Assembly (NCBI GenBank): GCA_963702845.1
Contig: OY969763.1
Span: 4,896,001-4,960,000, forward strand
From: an uncultured Verrucomicrobiae bacterium
GTDB lineage: Bacteria; Verrucomicrobiota; Verrucomicrobiia; Limisphaerales; Palsa-1400
DNA: 64,000 nucleotides
Direction of reading: 5' to 3'
Position 1 is the first letter of the stretch. Each line of letters begins with the position of its first letter. Below are positions 10,241 to 19,916 of the stretch, in pieces. A program made the translations under genes and the position numbers. Under the pieces are notes generated by a model. That model worked only from the letters and a program-made list of their open reading frames with translations, did not search any database and was not told the DNA's origin.

Positions 10241-11845
10241 TTATCGTTGCGCTTTCACGCGATAAAACTGCATCGCCCCACCCGAATTATCCTGTAATTG
10301 CAACGCGCCGCCATTGCCGCTCACGCTTGCCGCATCCGTCCACGTGTTCAAATCCGTGCTTCGTTGCAAAGTGTAGTTCCAATTGGTGCGACTCACAAAA
10401 TTGGCGCTCCAAGCATTGTTACTGAATCCACCATGGAAGCTCGTCACAGCCGGCGGCGGCAATGTCATCGCAATATTCGCCACGGTTCCATGTGCCAGCA
10501 CCGAACTGCCGTACCCTTGATCATCGTTGAAACTGCTGATGCTCAAAGTATCGACGCGAAAATCTCCCAGCGACGACGCCAGCGGATCGACAATTGTCAA
10601 ATTCGTGCTCACCGAACTTATCGTCGTCACCATCGTATGATTCGACGACGTGTAATTCATCAACACGTGATACCACTCGTTCGTGTTGAATGCGTACACG
10701 GCGTAATCGTCGCCGCTGTTGAAATTGAACGTGCTGTTCGTATCGACAAACAGCGGCCAATCCGTCGTGCCGAAACCTGAATCAAAAAAATAGTCAAACT
10801 CACACAGGTCGGGTGACAAAAAGCCGGTCCCGCGCAAAAACCCGGGCTTCGTCGCTTCCGCAAAGTTCAAGAGCCCGATCGTGATCCCGAATGAAAAACT
10901 TTTCGTCGGATCAGGTCCCGGCCCGATGTCTTTCAGCAACAAATCAAATGCGAGGCTGAAATCATCGTCGCGATTCAACACTGACCCGAGCGGATGATAG
11001 AAGTAACTGTTCGACTGGCCCGAATCCCACGTGACATCCAAATTTTTATTCGTCGCGTTCCATGCGAATAAATTTGTGTTACCAAAAATCTGCCAACCAT
11101 CGGCCAGCGGATCGCTTACGAAACTTTCCTGCAACGACGGCACCACGGAAATCGCATCCACCTCCGATTTGCCGCTCAAGACGGTGATGCGCACATAATT
11201 AGCCGACGAAATCACGCCGTAGTTTCCATTGGTATCTCGCGCCCACGCCAGATCGTAACCCGTCCCGCCCGCCGATCCGGCGTACAATGCTCGAATTCCA
11301 GACAATCCCTGTCCCGCAAAATTCGGCGAGCCGAAGTGTGGATTCACCGGCAACGAAGGATTACCAATACCGTCCGTCGGAAAAATATTATCCACGGTCA
11401 ACGCCAGCGATTGATTCAAGGTGAACCAGTTCGTAGCGTCCTGGCTCACTTCCACCTTCGTGGTACCAGTGTTATTGCCGAGCAACGAACCATCTGTAAT
11501 TCCGCCTCCGGAAAAATTTCCATTCGTAATCACAAAACCGGTATTCCCATAAATGATGAAATCGATTCCGAACGGATTCATCGGATTGTCCACGATCGGC
11601 ATCGACGTATGAACTGTGAGTGAGCCGCCGGCGCCGAGCGACAGCAGTTGCGAGTTTTTAAACGCGGGGCTGAAAGGGTTCGCGTTGGTTGTCGGGCCAC
11701 CCAGCGTTACTGCTGGATTTGTGAACCCGGCCGAGAAACCGGTACCGGAAGAATAATCCACCACCGCATCGGCGAAGTAGCCGGCACGCGACGGTGTAAT
11801 AAGTGCAAGACAGGCAACGGCTGTTGCCAGATATTTTTTGGACAT
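10241..11845 (-). CDS. Secreted multidomain protein under cobalamin-riboswitch control (putative corrinoid-binding surface protein)
   Basis: Signal peptide MSKKYLATAVACLALITPSRA; domain FADAVVDY...LSLGAGGSLTV...GIDFIIYGN...GGTGYDL..YVRI...EVDA; second beta-rich domain; C-terminal YTLQRSTDL..W...FYRV domain. Confidence 0.75.
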   Translation of the reverse strand: MSKKYLATAVACLALITPSRAGYFADAVVDYSSGTGFSAGFTNPAVTLGGPTTNANPFSPAFKNSQLLSLGAGGSLTVHTSMPIVDNPMNPFGIDFIIYGNTGFVITNGNFSGGGITDGSLLGNNTGTTKVEVSQDATNWFTLNQSLALTVDNIFPTDGIGNPSLPVNPHFGSPNFAGQGLSGIRALYAGSAGGTGYDLAWARDTNGNYGVISSANYVRITVLSGKSEVDAISVVPSLQESFVSDPLADGWQIFGNTNLFAWNATNKNLDVTWDSGQSNSYFYHPLGSVLNRDDDFSLAFDLLLKDIGPGPDPTKSFSFGITIGLLNFAEATKPGFLRGTGFLSPDLCEFDYFFDSGFGTTDWPLFVDTNSTFNFNSGDDYAVYAFNTNEWYHVLMNYTSSNHTMVTTISSVSTNLTIVDPLASSLGDFRVDTLSISSFNDDQGYGSSVLAHGTVANIAMTLPPPAVTSFHGGFSNNAWSANFVSRTNWNYTLQRSTDLNTWTDAASVSGNGGALQLQDNSGGAMQFYRVKAQR

Positions 11846-12062
11846 GACTGGTCTTTCTGAACTGATCGCCAAAGTTATTGGCGAATGGTTTTAATGAGAG
11901 ACCAGTGCGAAGCCTGAAAATAAAAAACCTTCAGACTCCGGCAAAACGTGAGAATGAAGGCATCCATCGAATCCCATGGAAAACAGTTCCACAGGGCTGG
12001 CCTCATCCTTCTCTTGTCGGAGAAGCGCCCAGCTCTTGTGCAAGAGCTGTGGCATGACGAGC

Positions 12063-12218
12063 ATTACCAGGCTGATATCCTGACTTCGGGCTGATGTCCG
12101 CTCTCCCGCCTTCCCGGCGTCGCGTTTGGTGATGCGACGACCAGTGGCATTAGGAGTTTGTCACCCGTTACAGTGGCGCAACCGTCCTCGATTCACACGA
12201 GGTTCCCAGCGTTGGTAA
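12063..12218 (-). promoter_or_regulatory. Cobalamin (B12) riboswitch
   Basis: Minus strand: ttacca..GGGAA-cctcgtgtgaatcgagg-ACGGttgcGCCACTGTAAcggg...GCCACTGg...GGGAAGg...ccCGAAGTCAGgatatcaGCCtggtaa. Contains the B12-box and a closing stem ttacca/tggtaa. Confidence 0.92.
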
Positions 12219-12307
12219 CTAACTGACTTTTCAAAGAACGATTCGAGTCAACGCTTCTACCCCGGCTTTGGCAAGGGAATTGTTACTTCGAAACGCGCCG
12301 CAGAAAT

Positions 12308-13054
12308 TCAACTCCCGTTTTGTTGAAGTTGAAAACGATGGGAGATTTTGCCCTCTCTCATGTACGGTTTTGTTTCCGTCGTAATCTACACTTGATCCAC
12401 TCGCATGACTGCCCGGGGCACGCGGCTGGAAATTTCGTCAAACTTCGAAAGGAAACGCTGCGCGTCTGGTGAGGCTTTTTTGAAACGCATTATTGTGCTG
12501 TGGACTAGAGGCGGAATGTTGAAGCCGAGGCCGTCTAGACAGGTTCGGAGGGATGGATTGCGGGCGAGGCTCTCAATCACCCGATTTCGGATTCGTGTGA
12601 TTGCACCACTTGGATCAGATAGGGGGAGTATTGCGGCCTTACGCGAGATGACGGGTTGTTCGATCCACAGGTCGAAAGGTTGGATCGAATCTTCGCCGCT
12701 AAACACGGGCTGTAGTTGTGCAGCAATTTGCCGCATCAAATCTTTCAACTCGACGAAGCGTTGCGGTGTTGGGGACTGGTACTGGGTAAAGTTGATGAGG
12801 GTGGCGATGGTTACGTGGGTTTCCCAGATTGGGTAGACATAAACGCCTGGATCGAGATCGGATAACTGGGCGACTAGCGAATTGTAAGCTTCTGTTACTT
12901 CGGCTGGGAATGGGTAGAGGCAAGCGAGATTGACGCCGAAGACAGGGCGGTCCGGGCCGTCAGCCAGGAATTTATCGGCGACGAAACCGTGAGCACAAAT
13001 TTCGTCGCGCATTTCTTTCAAGCGCGCCCTGGTGAAGAATTCTCTGGCTAGCAT
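12308..13054 (-). CDS. 2H-phosphoesterase (2'-5' RNA ligase-like) family protein with in-frame TAG at 12386-12388
   Basis: Two HxT motifs (ETHVTIA, VHSTI). The frame continues after TAG as ITTETKPYMREGKISHRFQL to TGA at 12308. Confidence 0.65.
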
Positions 13055-13148
13055 ATTAGGGATCAGCCTTGAGATTACCGATTCGTCCCGAGCTTTTGCA
13101 CTTCGTTTTTCACTTTAGCATTGAGGCGTTAGCCCTTAGCCTTTCGCC

Positions 13149-13400
13149 ATGCAACCCAACCGTAAAATCTGGTTTCCGGCCAAGAAATACGGCTGGGGCT
13201 GGGGACCGCCATGCTGTTGGCAAGGTTGGGCTGTTATTGTCGTTTGGTTCGCAATTGTCATTTCTGGCGTAACTTTGTTTTTCCGTCCCGACCGCAACAT
13301 CGTCGGATTTTATATTTTCGACGCGATCATGGTCGTTTTGATAATCGGGATTTGTTGGCTCAAAGGTGAAAAACCACAATGGCGATGGGGCAACAAATAG
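13149..13400 (+). CDS. Small membrane protein (WFPAKxYGWGWG motif)
   Basis: 83 aa with two TM helices; conserved-looking WFPAKKYGWGWGPP..WQGW and KGEKP.WRWG. Confidence 0.75.
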   Translation: MQPNRKIWFPAKKYGWGWGPPCCWQGWAVIVVWFAIVISGVTLFFRPDRNIVGFYIFDAIMVVLIIGICWLKGEKPQWRWGNK

Positions 13401-14572
13401 ACAGTCCGGCGCGCTCAGCCGCAACTGAGCCGAGTCATTCCGCGCCGACGACGCGCTTGATGTCCCTCGATGTCTTCCGCGGCGCGACAATGGCCGCTAT
13501 GTTGCTCGTCAACAATCCCGGCGATTGGGGCAATCTTTACACACCGCTCGATCACGCCGAATGGAACGGCTGGACGTTTACCGATCTGATCTTCCCGTTT
13601 TTCTTGTGGATTGTTGGCGTCGCGATTCCTTTCTCGCTCGGTCGCAAAATCGAACAAGGTGAAGCGCCCGGCAAACTGTTGTTCAAGGTCCTGCGTCGCT
13701 CCATGATTCTCGTCGCGGTCGGCATCGCGCTAAACGGATTTCCGCTCTACGACTTTTCATTCATTCGCATTCCAGGCGTCCTGCAACGCATCGGTGTCTG
13801 CTATTTCTTTGGCGCGAGTATTTTTCTCTTCACCGGCATTCGCGGCCAAATCGCCGCCATTCTGACTTTGCTGATCGGCTATTGGTTGCTGATGGCTTTC
13901 GGACCCGTGCCCGGCGTTGGTCATGGTGTGATGACTCTTCACGGCAACTTCTCCGAATACGTCGATAAGCAAATTTTCGGTCATCACGTTTGGAGAGAAA
14001 TGGCACCCGGCGATCCGGAAGGTTCCATCAGCACCCTGCCCGCCATTGCCAGCGTGCTCTTTGGCATCATGGCCGGTCATATCCTGCGCTCGCGCAAAAC
14101 GCCGTCGGAACAAACCGCGTGGTTATTCGTCCTCGGCAACATCCTGCTTTTCGTCGGCGCGCTGATGGACTGGTGGCTGCCCATCAACAAAAAACTTTGG
14201 ACCAGTTCCTATTCCGTCTTCATGGCCGGGATGGCGACGAACATTTTCGCGGTGTGTTATTGGCTCGTCGATATTCAAGGCCGCCGCAAATTAGTCAAAC
14301 CACTCGCCGTTTACGGCATGAACGCTATTACCGTATTCGTGCTGACCGGACTGCTTGGACGACTGACAACGTTCATCAAATTCCAATACGAGGGCAAAAC
14401 TATCATGCTGAAGACGTATCTCTACGAACATCTCAAAGCTGGATTCGAAGCCATCGGCGGCCCGCTCGCCACACCGAAAAATAGTTCGTTGGTTTATGCG
14501 CTTTGCTGGGTGTTGCTGATGTACGGGGTCTGTTACGTGATGTATCGCAAGAAGTGGTTCTTACGTTTTTAA
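13379..14572 (+). CDS. Heparan-alpha-glucosaminide N-acetyltransferase (HGSNAT/NagX-like) membrane protein
   Basis: RLMSLDVFRG, LDHAEWNGWTFTDLIFPFF, PGVLQRI, DPEG..ST, PINKKLWTSSY and GMNAI motifs. Confidence 0.9.
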   Translation: MAMGQQIDSPARSAATEPSHSAPTTRLMSLDVFRGATMAAMLLVNNPGDWGNLYTPLDHAEWNGWTFTDLIFPFFLWIVGVAIPFSLGRKIEQGEAPGKLLFKVLRRSMILVAVGIALNGFPLYDFSFIRIPGVLQRIGVCYFFGASIFLFTGIRGQIAAILTLLIGYWLLMAFGPVPGVGHGVMTLHGNFSEYVDKQIFGHHVWREMAPGDPEGSISTLPAIASVLFGIMAGHILRSRKTPSEQTAWLFVLGNILLFVGALMDWWLPINKKLWTSSYSVFMAGMATNIFAVCYWLVDIQGRRKLVKPLAVYGMNAITVFVLTGLLGRLTTFIKFQYEGKTIMLKTYLYEHLKAGFEAIGGPLATPKNSSLVYALCWVLLMYGVCYVMYRKKWFLRF

Positions 14573-14578
14573 GTTGGC

Positions 14579-15628
14579 ATGGACCTGCACATCCATTCGC
14601 CTTTGCCGAAGAAACGTGATTGGCAGATTGGAATTCTCGGCGCGGGGTTCATCGTCAACGATTGCCATTTACCCGCTTACCGCAAAGCTGGGTTCAATCC
14701 TGTCGCAATCGCCTCACGCACCCGCGAAAACGCGGAACGCGTTACGAAAAATCACGACATCGCTAAAGTTTACGGAACCTACGACGAACTGCTCGCCGAC
14801 ACATCGATCGAAGTTCTCGACATAGCCGTCCCGCCCAACGCACAACTCGCTCTAATTAAAGCCGCCTGCGCGCGTAAAACAGTCAAAGCCATTCTCGCGC
14901 AAAAACCTCTCGGGGTGAATTACGCCGAAACAGTCGAAGCCGTCCGCGCCTGCGAACAAGCCGGCATCCTTCTCGGGGTCAATCAAAACATGCGCTACGA
15001 CCAATCGGTCCGCGCCGGCAAAACGATTTTGGAAAACGGCACGATTGGCGAACCTGTTTTCGCCAGTATCGAAATGCGCGCCATTCCGCATTGGATGCCG
15101 TGGCAGGCCGAACTCGGTTGGGCCACCTTGCGCATCATGTCGATTCATCACATCGATTGCTTCCGTTATTGGTTCGGCGAACCGACGCGCATCATCTGCA
15201 GCACACGCACTGATCCGCGCGCGAAGTTCAAACACACCGACGGCATCTGCACTTACTTTTTGGAATACGGAAGCGGCCTGCGTTGCATCGGCATTGATGA
15301 CACCTGGACCGGTCCGGCGAAAGAAGGTTGCCCGTCCGAGAACTACATCCGCTGGCGCATCGAAGGTACCAACGGCCTCGCCATCGGCGACATCGGTTGG
15401 TGCAAAGATCCATATACTTCACCATCAACCATTCGTTTTGCTAGCAAGGGCGACAAAGCTTTTCACAAACCGAAGTGGACCGAAAGCTGGTTCCCCGACG
15501 CGTTCATCGGAACCATGGCGCAACTCTTAATCGCGCTTGAAACCGGCACCGAACCAGCAATCAGCGGTCGGGACAATTTGAAAACGATGAAGCTAGTCGA
15601 AGAGGCCTACATTTCCGCGCGGCCTTAG
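14579..15628 (+). CDS. Gfo/Idh/MocA family oxidoreductase
   Basis: IGILGAGFI Rossmann motif, AQKPL, VNQNMRY and SIHHID. Confidence 0.88.
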   Translation: MDLHIHSPLPKKRDWQIGILGAGFIVNDCHLPAYRKAGFNPVAIASRTRENAERVTKNHDIAKVYGTYDELLADTSIEVLDIAVPPNAQLALIKAACARKTVKAILAQKPLGVNYAETVEAVRACEQAGILLGVNQNMRYDQSVRAGKTILENGTIGEPVFASIEMRAIPHWMPWQAELGWATLRIMSIHHIDCFRYWFGEPTRIICSTRTDPRAKFKHTDGICTYFLEYGSGLRCIGIDDTWTGPAKEGCPSENYIRWRIEGTNGLAIGDIGWCKDPYTSPSTIRFASKGDKAFHKPKWTESWFPDAFIGTMAQLLIALETGTEPAISGRDNLKTMKLVEEAYISARP

Positions 15629-15691
15629 AACGTCGCGCAACGGTTCTAACTTCGTTGACTGTCGCAATGCAAATCCGGCAAACTGCGCCCA

Positions 15692-16672
15692 ATGAAATTT
15701 CACATCGTTTTGTTGATTGCGGGATCTTGCATCTTGTCGGGTTGCGACAAAGGCGCATCCTCGGCTGGCGGGGCCGGTGAAACAAAGCCAGCCGCTGGCG
15801 GCAAACTCGAAGTCGGCTTCTCACAAATCGGCGCAGAAAGCGCCTGGCGCACGGCCGAAACCGAATCCATTCGCGGCGAAGCCGACAAACGCGGCGTGAA
15901 CCTCCATTTCTCTGATGCTCAAAGCAAACGCGAAAACCAGATCAAGGCGCTCAACAGCTTTCTGCAACAAAACGTCGAGGCAATCATTCTCGCGCCCGTA
16001 ATCGAAAGCGGTTGGGGCCCGGTGCTGAGCGACATAAAGAAAGCCAATATCCCCGTCATCCTTGTTGATCGCGGCATCAAAGTTGAAGACGAATCGCTCT
16101 ACACCACGCTGATTGCATCGGATTTCGTGCAAGAAGGCGAACGCGCCGGCGAATGGCTCGCCAAGAAAATCGGCGGCAAAGGCAACATCGTCCAACTCGA
16201 AGGCACCACTGGCGCAGCGCCTGCGATTGATCGCGCCGCAGGTTTCAAAAAGGTCCTCGATAAAAATCCCGACATGAAAATCATTCTGTCGCAGTCCGGT
16301 GATTTCAATCGCACCAAAGGCAAAGAAGTCATGGAAGCTTTCCTCAAAGCGCGTGGCAAAGACATCAACGCCGTCTACGCGCACAATGACGACATGGCGC
16401 TCGGCGCAATCCAGGCCATCGAAGAAGCCGGCATGAAACCCGGCGTCGATATCATCGTCGTTTCCATTGACGGCATCAAATCGGCGCTCGAAGCGATCGT
16501 CGCTGGAAAACTGAATTGTTCCGTCGAATGCAATCCGTTGCTCGGACCGGCTGCCTTCGACGTCATCGAATCGATCAAGAAGGGCAACAAACCCGAACAC
16601 AAGATCACCGTGCACGACGAGTTGTTTGATTCGTCGAACGCTGCGGCGGCCTTGCCGAATCGCAAATATTGA
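15692..16672 (+). CDS. Sugar ABC transporter substrate-binding lipoprotein, YtfQ (galactofuranose)-like
   Basis: Lipobox ILSGC; VGFSQIGAESAWRTAET, AHNDDMALGAIQAIEEAG.KPG.DI and VECNPLLGP. Confidence 0.9.
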   Translation: MKFHIVLLIAGSCILSGCDKGASSAGGAGETKPAAGGKLEVGFSQIGAESAWRTAETESIRGEADKRGVNLHFSDAQSKRENQIKALNSFLQQNVEAIILAPVIESGWGPVLSDIKKANIPVILVDRGIKVEDESLYTTLIASDFVQEGERAGEWLAKKIGGKGNIVQLEGTTGAAPAIDRAAGFKKVLDKNPDMKIILSQSGDFNRTKGKEVMEAFLKARGKDINAVYAHNDDMALGAIQAIEEAGMKPGVDIIVVSIDGIKSALEAIVAGKLNCSVECNPLLGPAAFDVIESIKKGNKPEHKITVHDELFDSSNAAAALPNRKY

Positions 16673-17619
16673 TGCGGCATCGCCTCGCATTGCTAATTCT
16701 GTTTTGCGCCCTCACCTCATTTTTGAGTGAGGGCGCAAACATTTCGGGCGTTGAATACGTCCACCTCAACGAGTGGGCGCAGAGCGCGGGTTACAAGGCA
16801 AAATGGCTCCAGCGCGACAAAGTTGTGCAATTCACCGGCTCGCGAACGAGCGCGACGTTTGAAATCGATTCGCGCAAAGCCGACATCGGCGGCGTCACGG
16901 TCCTGCTGTCGTTCCCGATTGCCGCTAGTCACGGCGCGGCCATGATCTCCCAACTTGATCTGCGATCGACTGTCGAACCGATTATTTCTCCACATCCCAA
17001 ACGAAAGCCGATCAAAACCATCTGCCTCGACCCCGGTCATGGTGGCCACGACGCCGGAAAGATCGATGGCCGTAATTTGGAAAAAAATTACACACTTCTG
17101 ATTGCCAACGAGGTCGCGGCGCTCCTTCGCAAAAATGGTTTCAAGGTCGTGATGACGCGCACGCGCGACAAAACACTCGATCTAATCGAACGCCCTGAAA
17201 CCGCGCGCCGTGCCGGTGCCGATCTATTCGTAAGCCTGCATTACAACGCCGGGCCGTCCGAGGTTCACGGCTTGGAGGTTTACTGCCTCACTCCGGCTGG
17301 TGCCAACTCGAGCAATGCCGGCGGCGGGAAATCCAGTTCGTCACGAAACGTCGGCAACGCCAATGACGATAACAACGTTCTACTCGCGTTTACCCTACAG
17401 AAAACCATCGTGCGCGAAACGGGTTTGGAAGATCGCGCGATGAAACGCGCCCGTTTCGAAGTCTTGCGTGAAGCGCCGATGCCCGCCGTTCTCATCGAGG
17501 GCGGTTTTATGTCCAATCGCGCGGAGGCAAAAAAAATCTACGACTCCGCATTTCGGAAACGCATGGCTCAGGCGATCGTCGACGGCATCCTGAGCTACAA
17601 ACAACTAGCCGGTCGCTGA
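16669..17619 (+). CDS. N-acetylmuramoyl-L-alanine amidase (Amidase_3)
   Basis: ICLDPGHGGHDAG, EK..TL, ADLFVSLHYN and PAVLIEGGFMSN; signal peptide. Confidence 0.93.
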   Translation: MMRHRLALLILFCALTSFLSEGANISGVEYVHLNEWAQSAGYKAKWLQRDKVVQFTGSRTSATFEIDSRKADIGGVTVLLSFPIAASHGAAMISQLDLRSTVEPIISPHPKRKPIKTICLDPGHGGHDAGKIDGRNLEKNYTLLIANEVAALLRKNGFKVVMTRTRDKTLDLIERPETARRAGADLFVSLHYNAGPSEVHGLEVYCLTPAGANSSNAGGGKSSSSRNVGNANDDNNVLLAFTLQKTIVRETGLEDRAMKRARFEVLREAPMPAVLIEGGFMSNRAEAKKIYDSAFRKRMAQAIVDGILSYKQLAGR

Positions 17620-19023
17620 TTTATTTTTCTTACCGCGCTTCTTCGGTTTTTCTTTTGGCGCCGGCACTTCCTTATTCAACTGATCAAACATCGCCCTCAA
17701 CCGTTGCACCACTTCCGGGTTCTCTGCCGCGACATCGTGCTGTTCCGCCGGATCCTTCTCCAAATCATACAACGACCCTTCCTTCGTCTCATCGCCCGTC
17801 AACACACCTGGATACTGACTCGGATGCGGCTGTTCGTAGGGCGCGATGATAGTCACGCCGTCCGGCGCGCGTGGGTCGATCCACTTGTCATCCGGTTTCA
17901 TCACCTTTGGTCGCTTTGGCGGCACGACGTGCAGCTTCCACTTACCACTCCGCACGCAAGCCAAACGATCGCCCGCCATCGCGAACAGCGCCTCGTGCGG
18001 ACTCTCTGCTTTTGACGTCAACAAGGGCATAATGTTTTTGCCGTCGATGTAGCGGTCCTGTGGAATACCAATCCCGCACGTCACCAATGACGTGGTAAAC
18101 AAATCCATGATGATCGCTGGCTCATGACTGACGTGGCCCGCGGGAATCTTGCCCGGCCACCACGCAATCATCGGCTCTCGAATGCCACCATCCCAGGTGC
18201 CGCCTTTCATCCCGCGCAAGCCGCCCGTGCTACCGCCATACCACGGCCCGTTGTCGCTCGTGAAAATCACCAGCGTGTTGGTATCGAGATGCAATTCTTG
18301 CAGCTTCTTCAAAACTTCCCCCACCGACCGATCCAACTCTTCAATCGCATCGCCATACAAACCGCCGCCGCTCTTTTTGTAAAAATCCTCCGATGCCGAG
18401 AGCGGTTTGTGCGGAAGGTATTGCGCAAAATAGAGGAAGAACGGTCGTTTCTTGTTTTTCTCAATAAAGCTCAAGGCCCGCGCCGTATATTTCTTCGTCA
18501 GGTTCGCGAGAATGACCGGATACTCATTCGTTTTGTTCCCGTCCATCACTTGGACCGGTCGCATATCGGAGCTATAAAGAATTCCCAGGTATTCATCAAA
18601 CCCATGCCGTGTCGGATAAAACTTCGGCAGATGTCCAAGGTGCCATTTCCCGATGCAACAGGTCTTATACTTCGCCTTCTGGAACGCCCGCCCGAGCGTT
18701 ATCTCTTCGTCGGAGATACCAATGTCGTTATTGCCCGAATCCGGCGCCGGGTTGCTCGTAATGCCGCTCCGGAATTGATACCGGCCCGTCATCAGCGCGG
18801 CCCGAGTCGGCGCGCAGTACGGACAAGGCGTGTAGAAATCCGTCAGTCTGGCCCCTTCCTTGGCCATCCGATCAATATTTGGCGTCTTCCATTTCTTTTG
18901 CCCGTAACAACCCAAGTCGCCGTACCCCATATCATCCGCCAATATAATAATGACATTCGTGTGCGCGGCGCAGTTCAAGGCGGCCAAGAGCACCGCCAGC
19001 AGTAGAAGAAACTTAGTTTTCAT
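17605..19023 (-). CDS. Arylsulfatase (formylglycine-dependent sulfatase)
   Basis: NVIIILADDMGYGD, CAPTRAALMTGR (CxPxR), GKWHLG and FTSDNG; signal peptide from MKTKFLLL at 19023. Confidence 0.93.
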   Translation of the reverse strand: MKTKFLLLLAVLLAALNCAAHTNVIIILADDMGYGDLGCYGQKKWKTPNIDRMAKEGARLTDFYTPCPYCAPTRAALMTGRYQFRSGITSNPAPDSGNNDIGISDEEITLGRAFQKAKYKTCCIGKWHLGHLPKFYPTRHGFDEYLGILYSSDMRPVQVMDGNKTNEYPVILANLTKKYTARALSFIEKNKKRPFFLYFAQYLPHKPLSASEDFYKKSGGGLYGDAIEELDRSVGEVLKKLQELHLDTNTLVIFTSDNGPWYGGSTGGLRGMKGGTWDGGIREPMIAWWPGKIPAGHVSHEPAIIMDLFTTSLVTCGIGIPQDRYIDGKNIMPLLTSKAESPHEALFAMAGDRLACVRSGKWKLHVVPPKRPKVMKPDDKWIDPRAPDGVTIIAPYEQPHPSQYPGVLTGDETKEGSLYDLEKDPAEQHDVAAENPEVVQRLRAMFDQLNKEVPAPKEKPKKRGKKNKSATG

Positions 19024-19196
19024 GGGATATGACTTCGTAATCCCTTGACGCGGCGATCGCCAGCAAAGTTTCGCTTTCCACACCGACAACCGCGTATTAC
19101 ATAATAGTACTTGCCTCATTTGCCGCAGGAATCTATATTCCCCGCTCTTTTGAAAGGGGCATCCCGATATCCGGGTTGCCCTGAAAGGTAATTTTT

Positions 19197-19406
19197 ATGC
19201 GACGGCCTAAAGGCATTAAGACAAAGAAATCTGTAGCGAAACGGTTCAAAATAACCGCAACCGGTAAAGTCATGCGCATGCGCGCTGGTAAACGCCACCT
19301 TCTGCAAGGCAAAAGCGCTGGCCGCCGCCGCAATCTCGGCACCGGCAAAGAGGTGCACCATACCGACACCTATCGCATCACCCAGAGCCTGCCGTTCAGC
19401 CACTAA
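19197..19406 (+). CDS. rpmI: 50S ribosomal protein L35
   Basis: KTKKSVAKRFKITATGKV...GKRHLL. Confidence 0.96.
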   Translation: MRRPKGIKTKKSVAKRFKITATGKVMRMRAGKRHLLQGKSAGRRRNLGTGKEVHHTDTYRITQSLPFSH

Positions 19407-19419
19407 CATTTAGACATCT

Positions 19420-19797
19420 ATGCGTGTTACAAATTCTCCAGCTTCCCGTAAGCGCCGCATCCGGACAATCAAGGCGGCCAAGGGTTTCCGCCTTAAGCGC
19501 TCCAAACTGTATCGTTACGCCGCCGACGCGCTCGACCACGGTATGCAATACGCCTACCGCGATCGCCGCGTCAAGAAGCGCACCTTCCGCGCGCTCTGGC
19601 AAGTGCGTATCAACGCCGCCAGCCGCGCCGCCGGCATGACCTACAGCCGTTTCATGGAAGGCCTCAAAGCCGCCAAGTGCAGCCTCGACCGCAAAGTCAT
19701 CGCTGACCTCGCCGCCCAGGACGCTGCCGCATTCCAGGAATTGATCAAGCTCGCCCAGGGCGCGCTCAAGACCAAAACGTCAGCAGCCGCGAAGTAA
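19420..19797 (+). CDS. rplT: 50S ribosomal protein L20
   Basis: AKGFR, YAYRDRRVKKRTFRALWQVRINAA and YSRFM.GL...LDRK. Confidence 0.97.
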   Translation: MRVTNSPASRKRRIRTIKAAKGFRLKRSKLYRYAADALDHGMQYAYRDRRVKKRTFRALWQVRINAASRAAGMTYSRFMEGLKAAKCSLDRKVIADLAAQDAAAFQELIKLAQGALKTKTSAAAK

Positions 19798-19826
19798 AAA
19801 CGCCAAGCCGCAAAGTTTTTCGAACT

Positions 19827-19855
19827 GGCACGCTCCGAACCGAGCGTGCCTTTTT
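19827..19855 (+). terminator. Rho-independent terminator after rplT
   Basis: ggcacgctc-cgaacc-gagcgtgcc-ttttt. Confidence 0.85.
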
Positions 19856-19916
19856 GCTGAATATCTTTTCAACTTTGCGCCTTTGCCCCTTAGCGTCTTT
19901 GCGTTAATAACAAACC

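Noticed and set aside
12386..12388. Pyrrolysine or recoded TAG
   Set aside because: Other genes in the window end in TAG normally and no pyl genes are visible; mutation or error is simpler.
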